From Candidatus Gastranaerophilaceae bacterium (GTDB lineage Bacteria; Cyanobacteriota; Vampirovibrionia; Gastranaerophilales; Gastranaerophilaceae), in NCBI GenBank assembly GCA_035354275.1, contig DAOQAU010000001.1, positions 42,377 through 106,376 of the forward strand: DNA of 64,000 nt. The letters run 5' to 3'. Of this stretch, positions 47,531 through 57,737 are shown one piece after another. Each line of letters begins with the position of its first letter. The stretch's first letter is position 1. The notes under the pieces were generated by a model. It was not told the origin of the DNA. It did not search any database and saw only the letters and a list, made by a program, of their open reading frames with translations. Made by a program: the position numbers and the translations under genes.

Positions 47531-48643
47531 GTGGGAGATTTAAAGTTGGATAAATTTGAAATAAACGATTTTCTTAAAAAATCGGTTTTAATGGGTGCCT
47601 CTGACGTTCACCTGAAAGTTGATGAACATCCGGTTATAAGAAAAGACGGGCGAATTATAAAAATAGATATGCCTAAATTAAATGATGAAAACATTGAAAA
47701 CATTATAAATGTTCTTGCGCCAAAAACCATAAAAAACAAAATAAATACTGTTTTTGACATCGATTTTTCATACGAACTTCCCGGTATTTCAAGATTTAGG
47801 GTAAATTTAAGTCAACAATTGGGCAAAAGTGCTCTTGTTATAAGAAATATCCCTTACAAAATCAAGAGTCTTGAAGAATTAAACCTGCCGGTTTCAATGG
47901 AACAATTTGCGCAGTATAACAACGGACTTGTAATTGTAACAGGCCCCACAGGCTGCGGAAAATCAACAACTCTGGCATGCTTAATAGACTATATAAATAC
48001 GAATTATCCGAAGCACATTGTTACCATAGAAGACCCTGTTGAATTTATTTTTACCAATAAAAAATCAATAATTTCTCAAAGACAGGTGGGAGTTGATACT
48101 CCTTCTTTCCATGAAGGAGTAAAATATGCTCTCAGGCAAGATCCGGATGTCATTCTGATAGGCGAAATAAGAGATAGAGAAACCATAGAAAGTGCCCTTA
48201 AGGCTTCAGAAACAGGGCATTTGGTTTTTGCCACACTTCATACAAACGATGCAGTACAGACAATAAACAGAATAGTTAATTTATTTGACCCTCAAGACAG
48301 GCAATATATAAGAAATCAAATATCAAGCACCTTGCGCGGAACTATTGCCCAAAAACTTCTTAACAAAAAAAACTCGGACGGAAGAGTCCCCGCACTTGAA
48401 ATTTTAGTTTCAACCCCTACAGTAAAAGATTTTATAGAAAAAGATGAACTTGAGCAGATATATTCACTTGTTAAAAAAGGTTCTTTCAACGAAATGATTA
48501 CAATGAATATGTCTTTGCTTAAACTTGTGCAAAATGAAATTATAACAAAAGATGAGGCGATTAATGCTTCAGAAAACAAAATTGAGCTTCAGCAAATGCT
48601 AAGAGGAGTTTACCATGGCACGGCAGAAGACGGCGGAGTTTAA
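47531..48643 (+). CDS. pilT: Type IV pilus retraction ATPase PilT
   Basis: GASDVHL, Walker A GPTGCGKST, Walker B DVILIGEIRD, and the GHLVFATLHT His box. GTG start. Confidence 0.9.
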   Translation: MGDLKLDKFEINDFLKKSVLMGASDVHLKVDEHPVIRKDGRIIKIDMPKLNDENIENIINVLAPKTIKNKINTVFDIDFSYELPGISRFRVNLSQQLGKSALVIRNIPYKIKSLEELNLPVSMEQFAQYNNGLVIVTGPTGCGKSTTLACLIDYINTNYPKHIVTIEDPVEFIFTNKKSIISQRQVGVDTPSFHEGVKYALRQDPDVILIGEIRDRETIESALKASETGHLVFATLHTNDAVQTINRIVNLFDPQDRQYIRNQISSTLRGTIAQKLLNKKNSDGRVPALEILVSTPTVKDFIEKDELEQIYSLVKKGSFNEMITMNMSLLKLVQNEIITKDEAINASENKIELQQMLRGVYHGTAEDGGV

Positions 48644-48646
48644 TTA

Positions 48647-49399
48647 ATGAATAATTTTGTAACTGATGCCATCAACTTAAAATCCTATAACTTAAGCGAA
48701 AATGACAAAATAATTTTAATGTATTCAAAAGAAAAAGGATTGATAAAAGGCGTTGCCAAAGGCTGCAAAAAACCCAAAAGTAAGCTTGGTGCAAGAATGG
48801 ATTGCCTTATCGCAAACACATTAATGCTCTACAAAGGTAAAAATCTCGACACAATATGTGAAGCACAGGCAATTAACACTTTCAAAAACAGCCGTCAGGA
48901 CTTGGATAAACTTTTTAATTCGGTTTATATTTCAGAGATTGTAGGAAATTTCGGAATGGAAAATGACCCGGCGTCTGAAGAAATTTACAACCTTCTTTAC
49001 AAAGCACTGGAAAAAATTTCAAGCGCAAAAGATAAAAAAGATATTTTAATAAGCGTAATAAAATTTCAACTGAAATTCATGCAGCTTTCAGGCTTTGGTC
49101 TTGAGCTTGACACTTGTCTTTGTTGCTCTAAGCCTGTTTTAGAAGAAAACATGTATTTTTCGTCGCAAAAAGGCGGGATAATTTGTGAGAATTGCAAAAA
49201 AGGTGAGATAAAACTTCATAATAAACTCAGGGATTTTTTAACGGCAATGCTGCAATTTGATTTTGATTATGAAAGCGAATACGACAAAAAAGCAACCGAA
49301 AAAATCTGCAATGTGTGTTTTGAACTTTTAAAAGACTACATTCAACTTCATTGTCCAAAAAAAATTAAAACAACAAAAATCATGCACGAAATCGCTTAG
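48647..49399 (+). CDS. recO: DNA repair protein RecO
   Basis: N-terminal OB-fold pattern (LKSYNLSENDKIILMYSKEKGLIKGVAKG) and a CxxC...CxxC zinc finger. Confidence 0.8.
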   Translation: MNNFVTDAINLKSYNLSENDKIILMYSKEKGLIKGVAKGCKKPKSKLGARMDCLIANTLMLYKGKNLDTICEAQAINTFKNSRQDLDKLFNSVYISEIVGNFGMENDPASEEIYNLLYKALEKISSAKDKKDILISVIKFQLKFMQLSGFGLELDTCLCCSKPVLEENMYFSSQKGGIICENCKKGEIKLHNKLRDFLTAMLQFDFDYESEYDKKATEKICNVCFELLKDYIQLHCPKKIKTTKIMHEIA

Positions 49400-49563
49400 A
49401 TTAAAGCTTTCATGAAGCTTTTCCGATTTATTAAAAAATTTTTTTATACAAATTATGAAGACAAATGTTAATTTTTTTGTCATTTTAGCAAAAACTGGGC
49501 ACTACATGTTTTATAATAATAATATCGGGTGTTTATTCAGTAGTGTGATAAGGTTAGAAAATT

Positions 49564-51408
49564 TTGAATCAAAACAAACAAGCAGAAGACAACAAAAAGG
49601 TCTTGTATAGTGGCAATGGCAGCTCTAACCCCATTAAAGACGGGGGGATTCTTGCGCGCATAAACACTTTAAACACCAGAACAAATTTAAATAAAGTCTA
49701 CGGAGGATATAGCCACCATCTTTACAATGTTTCTACAAGCGTTGATTATTCGGATGTTTTGCAAGCACTAAATGAAATGACGCAAAATAAAAAAACTCTC
49801 AGTGACGTTTTTTATTCTATCCATAGTATTTTAGTGAACAAAATGAACTGTTTTTTCACTGCCTACGGGATTTATCAAAACCAATCAAACTATATTAACC
49901 TTAAGCTTATTGACAGAATAGGCGGAACATATTCTTCAAAGATATTTTCTGCTGAAGAAAATCACCCTATCATTACAAGCTACGGCAACAGGGCTTTAGA
50001 ATTCAAGTCAGATTCAAGTTTTTTAAATATTCCTTATCTTAAAAACTCCCCCGTTGTAATTTTACCTTTAATATCCGTCGATAACTGCATAGGAGTTTTA
50101 CTCATAGGTGATAATAATCCTCAGGCAAATATAGATTTTTATTCTCTTCTTGCAAGCCACTTTGCACTATTTGCACACAATACTGACTTAATAGAAAAAG
50201 TGACAGAAACCACAAACACGGATTCTCTTACTCTTTTGAAAAATCACAGCGGATTTCAAGAAAGCTTTGCCTGTGAACTTAAAAAAACACAAGAGGCAAA
50301 CACCAATTTGTCGGTAATATTAATGGATATAAATAATATTTCAAAAATAAACCGCGAATTGGGACATGCAAAAGGCGATGAAATAATAAAACTTGTCGCA
50401 GAAAAAGTTAAACAAAACATCCGAAATACAGATATAGCAGGAAGATACGGGGGAGATGAAATAGCTGTAATTTTACCTGATACTGATACATCCGAAGCAA
50501 AATACATAGCAGAATTTTTAACTTACAGTTTATCTTGCTGTTTTGTTGATGATGTCGGACCTGTCAAGGTTTCTGTCGGGATTTCAACATATCCGAGCTG
50601 CTCAAGAGAGCAAGAAAAACTTTTAATTCTTGCCGAACAGGCCATGTTTATATCTCAATCAAAAGGTTACAAAGACGGAATGTCTGCAATCGTAAGCTCA
50701 CAGGATTATAATCTTTGGGATGATGCTGCGCTAAGTTCTTTTGCAGAAGTTTTCACCAAAAAGCACGCTCAAATAGGAATAAATTTTGAAGATGAACTTA
50801 TAAACAAATTCAACAGCGAAAACATTATCTCAAAAAATCACCTGATAGAAATGGTAACCTCTCTTGCAAGTGCGATTGACGCCAAAGACACTTACACAAA
50901 AGGTCATTCTACTTCGGTTTCTCGCTACGCTGAAGCCCTTGCCAGAGCCATAGATTTGCCCGAAAAAGAAGTTGAAAGAATTGCCCTGGGAGCACTTTTG
51001 CATGATATAGGCAAAATAGGAATCCCCGAAGATGTTCTCAGAAAACCCGACAGACTTTCTGATGAAGAATGGAATATCATGAAACAACACCCTGTAATCG
51101 GTGCGGAAAAAGTTCTTATGCCAAACGAATCTCTGAGAGATTTGATTCCAATGGTTAAATATCACCACGAACACTGGGACGGCACAGGGTATCCAGAAAA
51201 ATTAAAAGGTGAAGAAATACCTGTTGCCGCAAGAATTGTATCAATCGCCGACGCTTACCACGCGCTTATAAGCAACCGCCCTTACAGAAAAGGTTTAAGC
51301 GTTACAAAAGCATGCGAAATTTTAAATATGGGAGCAGGTGTCCAGTGGGACAGAAATCTTATAAGACACTTCATTCAAATTGCCCCCTCTCTTTCTACAA
51401 AAGTATAA
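49564..51408 (+). CDS. Diguanylate cyclase (GGDEF) / HD-GYP phosphodiesterase fusion with an N-terminal sensory region
   Basis: GRYGGDEIAV GGDEF motif, then HDIGK and HHEHWDGTGYP HD-GYP motifs. TTG start. Confidence 0.87.
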   Translation: MNQNKQAEDNKKVLYSGNGSSNPIKDGGILARINTLNTRTNLNKVYGGYSHHLYNVSTSVDYSDVLQALNEMTQNKKTLSDVFYSIHSILVNKMNCFFTAYGIYQNQSNYINLKLIDRIGGTYSSKIFSAEENHPIITSYGNRALEFKSDSSFLNIPYLKNSPVVILPLISVDNCIGVLLIGDNNPQANIDFYSLLASHFALFAHNTDLIEKVTETTNTDSLTLLKNHSGFQESFACELKKTQEANTNLSVILMDINNISKINRELGHAKGDEIIKLVAEKVKQNIRNTDIAGRYGGDEIAVILPDTDTSEAKYIAEFLTYSLSCCFVDDVGPVKVSVGISTYPSCSREQEKLLILAEQAMFISQSKGYKDGMSAIVSSQDYNLWDDAALSSFAEVFTKKHAQIGINFEDELINKFNSENIISKNHLIEMVTSLASAIDAKDTYTKGHSTSVSRYAEALARAIDLPEKEVERIALGALLHDIGKIGIPEDVLRKPDRLSDEEWNIMKQHPVIGAEKVLMPNESLRDLIPMVKYHHEHWDGTGYPEKLKGEEIPVAARIVSIADAYHALISNRPYRKGLSVTKACEILNMGAGVQWDRNLIRHFIQIAPSLSTKV

Positions 51409-51470
51409 ATTTTACATTTAAAAATCCTTGCAAATGCTTGAATTTCATTCTTTTGCATTAGCCTAAAGGG

Positions 51471-51498
51471 TTGTATTTGTCACAAACAATGCTATAAT
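51471..51498 (+). promoter_or_regulatory. Candidate sigma70 promoter with extended -10 upstream of fliD
   Basis: TTGTAT, 16-nt spacer ending in TGC, then TATAAT at 51493-51498. This is 40 nt upstream of the ATG. I saw no sigma28-type TAAA-N15-GCCGATAA. Confidence 0.4.
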
Positions 51499-51537
51499 AT
51501 AATAATAGTGTTATTAAGAAGTTGAAAGAGGAACTTT

Positions 51538-53319
51538 ATGTCTATATCAATATCAGGACTAGGCTCAGGTTTACCCGTAGATACCTGGATAGAAAAATTA
51601 TTAGCCCTAAAACAAGCAAAAATAGATGAAATTTCACAAGAAAAAACTTTTGCCGGATATTCAAGTTCAGCTTTGAGTACTATAAAAACATCTTTCAATA
51701 CTCTTTTATCTTCAATGCAAAAAGTCACCGATTCAAGATTCGGCTCTACAAGCGATCTTTTTGCGCAAAAAACCGCAACATCTTCCGATTCAAATATATT
51801 GACGGCATCTGTTACGGCTCTTGCCTCAAAACAAACCGTGAGTGTTTCTGTATCACAATTAGCAAGTTCGACTGTCGCAAAAAGCGTAAATACGGCTTCT
51901 GCTAAAATGACCGGAACAACCACTGTGAGCTCTCTTGCAAACGGCGGGGTAACCGAAGGTAATTTCAGTGTTTATGTAAACAACACCAAATACAGCATTT
52001 CCGTTGCGTCAACAGACACCTTAAATAACATTTTAGGAAGAATAAATTCTCAAACAGGGATGAGTGCAACTGTTACCGACGGCAAAATAACAATTTCGGA
52101 CCCTGCCCAAACAGCAAATATTGTAGTGGGCTCAAATTCTGACACCACAAATTTTGCAAATATTGTTGCTCTAAAGAAAAACGCCCAGGGTGCTTATGTA
52201 AGCAACCAATCTGTTTTGCTGGCTAACACATCGGCAAACCTTACTTCTGCAAATGCAGGATTTGCACAGCAAATCAACACAAGTTCTTTTAAAATAGGAA
52301 ATGCTACATTTAATGTTGATTCCAGTACAACTTTGAATGGCTTGATTTACGAAATTAATAACAGTGAAGATGCCGGTGTAAATGCTTATTGGGATACAGG
52401 TGCAGGTAAATTGGTTTTAACCTCAAAAACAACCGGGGCTTCAAACATCAACGTTCAAAATCTTTCAGGCAATTTCACCGATGTAATGGGGCTTACAGCC
52501 TCAACTTTTAATCCCGACGGAAGTATTGCAACAACAAAACTTGCAGATAATACCCAAACTCTGGGGAATCTTGCAACGCTTACAATAAACGGAACCTCTA
52601 TGATTTCATCTTCAAACACAATTACAAGCGATATTTCAGGAATTACCGGTTTAACCCTTAATTTAAAATCGATAAATACTGAAGAAACCCCTACAACAAC
52701 AATAACAATAGAAACAAACAATTCAAGTCTTAATTCTGCAATAAGCGATTTTATATCAAACTTCAATGAGGTAATTGCAAATGTTGATGAAGCGACCGGA
52801 AGCGACGGTTACCTCAACGGAGAAAGCGTTTTAGTAAGTATTCGAAACAACTTGCGAATGACGGCAACAGCATCTGTCGATATTGACGGAAACTACAAAA
52901 CCCTTGCAAGCATAGGAATCACCACAGGTGCGGTGGGATCAGATATTAATGCCAACACCAACCAGCTTCAAATTGATTCAACAAAACTTGCAGCTGCGTT
53001 GGCTGATGACCCTGATGCTGTCAAAAAACTGCTTTTAGGTGATGATACACACGACGGGGTTTTCAAAAAACTCGAATCCATAATTGACAGTTCTATGGAT
53101 TCATCTTACGGATATTTCACGACAAGAAGTGCGACCTTAAGTGAAAATATCTCAGATTTAACAGACACTATTACAAAAAAGACAGAAGAACTCGGAGACT
53201 ACAAAATTGAATTGCAAGATAAATTCAACCAAATGGATCAACTGATTGCAACACTTCAAAACCAATACAGCAAAGTCATTTCGGCTTTAAGCACAATTAC
53301 TTCAAACAGTTCTTCATAG
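51538..53319 (+). CDS. fliD: Flagellar filament capping protein FliD
   Basis: SISGLGSGLPVDTWIEKLL N-terminus, an S/T/N-rich middle, and a C-terminal coiled coil (DQLIATLQNQYSKV). Confidence 0.85.
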   Translation: MSISISGLGSGLPVDTWIEKLLALKQAKIDEISQEKTFAGYSSSALSTIKTSFNTLLSSMQKVTDSRFGSTSDLFAQKTATSSDSNILTASVTALASKQTVSVSVSQLASSTVAKSVNTASAKMTGTTTVSSLANGGVTEGNFSVYVNNTKYSISVASTDTLNNILGRINSQTGMSATVTDGKITISDPAQTANIVVGSNSDTTNFANIVALKKNAQGAYVSNQSVLLANTSANLTSANAGFAQQINTSSFKIGNATFNVDSSTTLNGLIYEINNSEDAGVNAYWDTGAGKLVLTSKTTGASNINVQNLSGNFTDVMGLTASTFNPDGSIATTKLADNTQTLGNLATLTINGTSMISSSNTITSDISGITGLTLNLKSINTEETPTTTITIETNNSSLNSAISDFISNFNEVIANVDEATGSDGYLNGESVLVSIRNNLRMTATASVDIDGNYKTLASIGITTGAVGSDINANTNQLQIDSTKLAAALADDPDAVKKLLLGDDTHDGVFKKLESIIDSSMDSSYGYFTTRSATLSENISDLTDTITKKTEELGDYKIELQDKFNQMDQLIATLQNQYSKVISALSTITSNSSS

Positions 53320-53322
53320 TAA

Positions 53323-54426
53323 TTAATAAAGCAATTTTAAACAAGTTTCTATTTCTTTATTTGTAATGTCGTTGAAAACTTCGACAAACGATTTTTGCAC
53401 GGGCAAAATAAAGTTTATATTTCCGTTTTCGACTTTTTTGTCTGATTCCATTATTTGAATTAACTTTTGAGGGTTAAATTTTGGAATTTTTTTAATTATT
53501 TTGTAATTATCTATAAGCTCAAATGCTTTTACTTTTAAGCTTTTTCTTATAATTTTTCTCTCATACGCAACAATTACGGCAAACTTCATTCCTATAGAAA
53601 TCGCCTCTCCGTGATTAAATTTTTTGTAATTGGTAATTTTTTCTATCGCATGCCCTAAAGTATGACCAAAATTAAGAACTTTTCTTAGCCCTTGTTCTTT
53701 TTCGTCTTTTTTAACCACGGCGATTTTAAGAGTCAGAGAAATTTTAATAATTTCGCCCAAAGTATTTGTATTTCTTGAAAAAATTCTCTGGGGGTTTGCA
53801 ATCAAAAAGTCAAATAAATCAAAATCCTGCTCAACACCGCAGTTTTTTTCTATAAAAGCGTATTTGATAACTTCTGCCATACCGCATTTAAGCTGCCTTT
53901 CATCAAGTGTTTTGAGAAAATTAAGATTACAAAACACGGCTTTTGGCTGATAAAATGCCCCTACCATATTTTTACCTAAATTGCTGTTGATTGCGACTTT
54001 GCCACCCACGGAAGAATCCACACAGGCAAGAAGAGTTGTGGGAATTTGTATAAAATCTATTCCCCGAAGGTAAGTTGCTGCGGCAAAGCCTGCGATATCA
54101 CCCACGACGCCTCCTCCTATAGCAACTATCGCGTCATTTCTTTCAAGTTTATTTTTAATTGCAAAGCGGACAATTTTTTGAAAATTTTTAAAATTTTTCT
54201 GCCCTTCGCCGTCTTTGAGGACAAATTTAACACTGTTTGGAATATTAAGCAGATTTCCGTAAAGCTTATTGACTTTTTGGCTTATTACGACAAGAATTTT
54301 ATTGGCATTGGTGTGTTTGAAAATCTTTTCTCCAAGACTTTCAATAGACTCATCATCAATAAATATCGGGTATTTTTTACCTGAAGGCAGATCAACCCAA
54401 AGCTCGTTACTTAACATGTCCCTCAT
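53323..54426 (-). CDS. aroB: 3-dehydroquinate synthase
   Basis: GGGVVGD(I)AGFAA, a VDSSVGGK-type motif, and FGHTLGHAIE. Confidence 0.92.
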   Translation of the reverse strand: MRDMLSNELWVDLPSGKKYPIFIDDESIESLGEKIFKHTNANKILVVISQKVNKLYGNLLNIPNSVKFVLKDGEGQKNFKNFQKIVRFAIKNKLERNDAIVAIGGGVVGDIAGFAAATYLRGIDFIQIPTTLLACVDSSVGGKVAINSNLGKNMVGAFYQPKAVFCNLNFLKTLDERQLKCGMAEVIKYAFIEKNCGVEQDFDLFDFLIANPQRIFSRNTNTLGEIIKISLTLKIAVVKKDEKEQGLRKVLNFGHTLGHAIEKITNYKKFNHGEAISIGMKFAVIVAYERKIIRKSLKVKAFELIDNYKIIKKIPKFNPQKLIQIMESDKKVENGNINFILPVQKSFVEVFNDITNKEIETCLKLLY

Positions 54427-54940
54427 ACTCTTTCAGAATACTGTCAAGAATAGTATAAGCCTGTTTTTTATTCGTGTCAATCACAAAATCCGCTTTTAGA
54501 TAGTTTCTGCGCCTCTTTGAGAGAAGTTTTTTTATTTCTTCGAGCGAATTTTCAACGTTAAGAAGCGGCCTTTTAGTTTCGTTTTTAATTCTACTGAAAA
54601 GTTCATCTGATGTTGCGCTAAGATAAAAAATAATCCCGTTTTTCTTTAAATTAAGTACATTTTTGGGGCTTTGACAAGTTCCCCCGCCTGTTGCGATTAT
54701 TTGATTTTTTAATTTTGAAAATTTTTCAATAATTTCCTGCTCTAGTTTTCTGAAATAATCTTGACCGAATTTTTCAAAAATTTCACAAATATTCATTTTT
54801 GCTTGTTTTTCAATTTCGCTATCGATATCTACAAAGTCAAAATGAACAAGAATCTTTGCAAGCTTATTTCCTATATAGGTTTTACCCGCTCCGGGCATAC
54901 CTGTTAAAACTATATTTTTGTTGTTTTCTTCAGCCGACAC
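54407..54940 (-). CDS. aroK: Shikimate kinase
   Basis: GMPGAGKT P-loop and an ATGGG motif. Overlaps aroB by 20 nt. Confidence 0.88.
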   Translation of the reverse strand: MSAEENNKNIVLTGMPGAGKTYIGNKLAKILVHFDFVDIDSEIEKQAKMNICEIFEKFGQDYFRKLEQEIIEKFSKLKNQIIATGGGTCQSPKNVLNLKKNGIIFYLSATSDELFSRIKNETKRPLLNVENSLEEIKKLLSKRRRNYLKADFVIDTNKKQAYTILDSILKEYEGHVK

Positions 54941-54941
54941 T

Positions 54942-56006
54942 TTATCCCCTATAGTTTTTTGTTATTTCAGTAAGTGAGTCTTTGCCGAATTTCTCCAAAA
55001 ATTCATCGGCAAGAATGCACGCTGACATAGCTTCTGCCACAACACAGCAGGCTTCTACCGCACAGGTGTCCGAACGTTCAAAATAGGATTCGACTTGAGA
55101 ATTATCTTTAAAATCAACGGTACTTAAAGCTTTTTTCATTGTCGGAATAGGCTTCATTGAAGCTTTTATCACAATGTTTTCACCGTTTGAAATTCCGCCT
55201 TCTATCCCGCCTGCATTATTTGTTTTTCTCAAATATTTTCCGTTTTCAAAAAATATTTCATCTTGCATTTGACTGCCCAAAGTTTGCGAAGATTTTTCAC
55301 CCAAACCGATTTCGACCGATTTTATCGCAGGAATACTCATAACAGCCTGCGCCAAAAGCCCGTCTAATTTCCTGTCCCAGTGTACATGTGAGCCAAGACC
55401 TACAGGCAAATTTTCAAAAATAACTTCAAACTTACCGCCCAGAGTTTCGCCCTGCCCTTTTGCCCAATCGACTTTTTCTTTAATTTTTTCTTCTTCGCTT
55501 TCGCCTGCTATATGAAGAATTTTTGAAAAACAATTTATCCCGAATTCTTTTAAAATAATTTTTGCAACAGCACCGACCGCCACATCAACGGCTGTTTTTC
55601 TGGCACTTGAACGTTCCAGAACATCTCTTAAATCTTTCAAGTCATATTTTATCGCGCCTGCAAAATCGGCATGGCCCGGACGTGGAGCACTGAAAGATTT
55701 TTCATCTGTAAAATCGTGTTCTTCAGTGCTCATAATTTTTTGCCAGTTTTCAAAATCCTTGTTTTTAATCTCTAAACAAATCGGCGCACCTGTTGTCTTG
55801 CCGAACCTTAAGCCTGATTTGATTTCAACCGTATCGGCTTCAATATTCATCCGCTCGCCCCTGCCGTAGCCTTGTTGGCGGCGGCTCAGTTCTGAATTAA
55901 TAAAATCAAAATCAATTTTAAGTCCTGCTGGAACACCTTCTATTATTGCATTTAAGCACTGCCCATGGGATTCGCCTGATGTCAGAAATCTAAAATTTTT
56001 TAACAC
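54942..56006 (-). CDS. aroC: Chorismate synthase
   Basis: FLTSGESHG, GRGERM, RPGHADF and SARKTA(v) motifs. Confidence 0.95.
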   Translation of the reverse strand: MLKNFRFLTSGESHGQCLNAIIEGVPAGLKIDFDFINSELSRRQQGYGRGERMNIEADTVEIKSGLRFGKTTGAPICLEIKNKDFENWQKIMSTEEHDFTDEKSFSAPRPGHADFAGAIKYDLKDLRDVLERSSARKTAVDVAVGAVAKIILKEFGINCFSKILHIAGESEEEKIKEKVDWAKGQGETLGGKFEVIFENLPVGLGSHVHWDRKLDGLLAQAVMSIPAIKSVEIGLGEKSSQTLGSQMQDEIFFENGKYLRKTNNAGGIEGGISNGENIVIKASMKPIPTMKKALSTVDFKDNSQVESYFERSDTCAVEACCVVAEAMSACILADEFLEKFGKDSLTEITKNYRG

Positions 56007-56040
56007 TTTTCATACCTCAACAATTTTTAATTATAAATGA

Positions 56041-56080
56041 ACTTACTCACCTATTCACCTATTTACTTATTCACTTATTT
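56041..56080 (-). repeat. Stop-rich octamer tract overlapping the stop codon of the 56075 gene
   Basis: The minus strand reads AAATAAGTGAATAAGTAAATAGGTGAATAGGTGAGTAAGT. Confidence 0.75.
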
Positions 56081-56539
56081 AGCATACTTAAGAAAAATCT
56101 GCTCCTTTGTCTGCATCAGTTCTTCTACAATAAGCCACCTTCCGTCAGACTGTTTTTGCACAACCATCGAACTTTTAAGATAATAATTGCTCAATGACGG
56201 CCTTCTCAAAGAATCAATCCTGTAACCGTTTGAAACTTTTGTAACTTTTATGTTGGAATAATAATTTTTATAATTTTTAAGTTTAGCGATTTTTTCGCTC
56301 AACCGCATTTGTGCTCTGTACTGGTCAGCCGTAAAATAAGCGTTTGCAAGGCTTCCGTCGGGTTTTACAATTTGTCTTATGATTTTTGCATTATCCGAAT
56401 ACATCGAAGGAACAGCTTGACTGTAACTGTTTGCGGCATTTACAAAGCTGTTAAAAAATTTCAAAGCATCTTCCTGCCCGTCTGCAAAAGTGCATAAGCC
56501 AAACATCATTATTGTAAAAACGGTCAGTATTTTTTTCAT
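56075..56539 (-). CDS. Hypothetical exported protein
   Basis: Signal-peptide-like N-terminus MKKILTVFTIMMFGLCTFA. I recognise no family. Confidence 0.5.
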   Translation of the reverse strand: MKKILTVFTIMMFGLCTFADGQEDALKFFNSFVNAANSYSQAVPSMYSDNAKIIRQIVKPDGSLANAYFTADQYRAQMRLSEKIAKLKNYKNYYSNIKVTKVSNGYRIDSLRRPSLSNYYLKSSMVVQKQSDGRWLIVEELMQTKEQIFLKYAK

Positions 56540-56604
56540 TAACAAAATCCTTAAGTGTTTTTAAATGTTACCATAAAAAAAATTAAAAATATCACCCTTT
56601 AAGG

Positions 56605-57648
56605 CTAAATATTATAATGATAATCAGGATTATTTTTCAATTTTTCTTCTATCTCATCAAAAGTCAAAAAGCCTTCGCTTGCACCGAATTTTGACACAAC
56701 GGAAGCCGAATTTACAGAAGCGTACATAAGCGATTTTCCTATATCAAAACCGGTTTTTGTAAGCGAAGCGCAGAAAGTCGATGAGAAAGCATCGCCCGCA
56801 CCGAGCGTTGAAACAATTTGAACGGGAAAAGGCGGACATTGAAAGAAAGTTTTTCCGTCATAGGCGTAAACCCCGTTTTTGCCGTCTGTGATTACTATTA
56901 TCTGCTCATCTCCGACTTTTAATTTTTTAAGCATTTCTTTAATGTCGGGGTGGATGAGTTCTTTCGAGAAATTTTCATTTCTGTTATCTGGTCTTACCTG
57001 AATTTTAGTGCACATCATAGCTTCTTCTTTATTCATAACAGCCACCTGCGCCGTATCAATAATCTTTTTAATATATTCAAACCCTCTTTTAAGACTTGTT
57101 GTACCTGCATTAAAGCAAACTTTAACCCCGTTTTCGTTTGCAAATTCGACTATAGATTGCAAAACCCTGTTGGATTCACCGCTTAAAGGCGCGATATAAA
57201 GCAGTTTTGCATTTTTTATTGCATCAAAATTTATTTCCGATTTTTTCAAAGTGGCATTTGCCCCTCTTTGTGCAAGAACCGTTCTGTCGCCTTGGAAACT
57301 CATCAAAATTATCGAAAAACCCGTCGAAACTGAATTATCCTGAATTATGTTTGAAAGGTCGAGATTCGGTTTACAACAAAGTGCCTGTAAAATTCCTTTT
57401 GAATAAATATCATCGCCTATCTTACAAATTGCGCTTGTGTTAAAACCTAAATTGGCAAAATTTAGGGCGGTGTTAACCCCTCCTCCGCCCACATTTGAAG
57501 CAAAAGCCGACACTTCCATTTTTGCACCGTAGGGGTAACTCATAAATTCGGATTTTGAATTTTTTGTCGAAACCGACACTATATTTGCGTCTTCGCATTC
57601 CACAAAAACGTCCATTGTCGCACTGCCTATTGTTATTACGTCTGTCAT
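56605..57648 (-). CDS. PfkB-family carbohydrate kinase
   Basis: The GGGG(V)N diglycine region and the C-terminal TLGAGDAF motif. Confidence 0.82.
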   Translation of the reverse strand: MTDVITIGSATMDVFVECEDANIVSVSTKNSKSEFMSYPYGAKMEVSAFASNVGGGGVNTALNFANLGFNTSAICKIGDDIYSKGILQALCCKPNLDLSNIIQDNSVSTGFSIILMSFQGDRTVLAQRGANATLKKSEINFDAIKNAKLLYIAPLSGESNRVLQSIVEFANENGVKVCFNAGTTSLKRGFEYIKKIIDTAQVAVMNKEEAMMCTKIQVRPDNRNENFSKELIHPDIKEMLKKLKVGDEQIIVITDGKNGVYAYDGKTFFQCPPFPVQIVSTLGAGDAFSSTFCASLTKTGFDIGKSLMYASVNSASVVSKFGASEGFLTFDEIEEKLKNNPDYHYNI

Positions 57649-57699
57649 CTTTTCTCCTTTTTTAAGTCATTGCGAGAGGGAATAAGCATAAATCTAAAT

Positions 57700-57737
57700 C
57701 ATTTACCCCTTCACTGCTCACCTCTCACCCTTCACCT
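57700..57737 (-). repeat. Stop-rich heptamer tract abutting the xerC/D stop codon
   Basis: The minus strand reads GGTGAAGGGTGAGAGGTGAGCAGTGAAGGGGTAAATG directly after the stop codon. Confidence 0.75.

Noticed and set aside
51492-51923. 143-aa minus-strand ORF overlapping the start of fliD
   Set aside because: It lies almost entirely antisense to the well-supported fliD frame. It has no ribosome-binding site and no recognisable motifs. It is a typical shadow ORF of a low-complexity S/T-rich gene.
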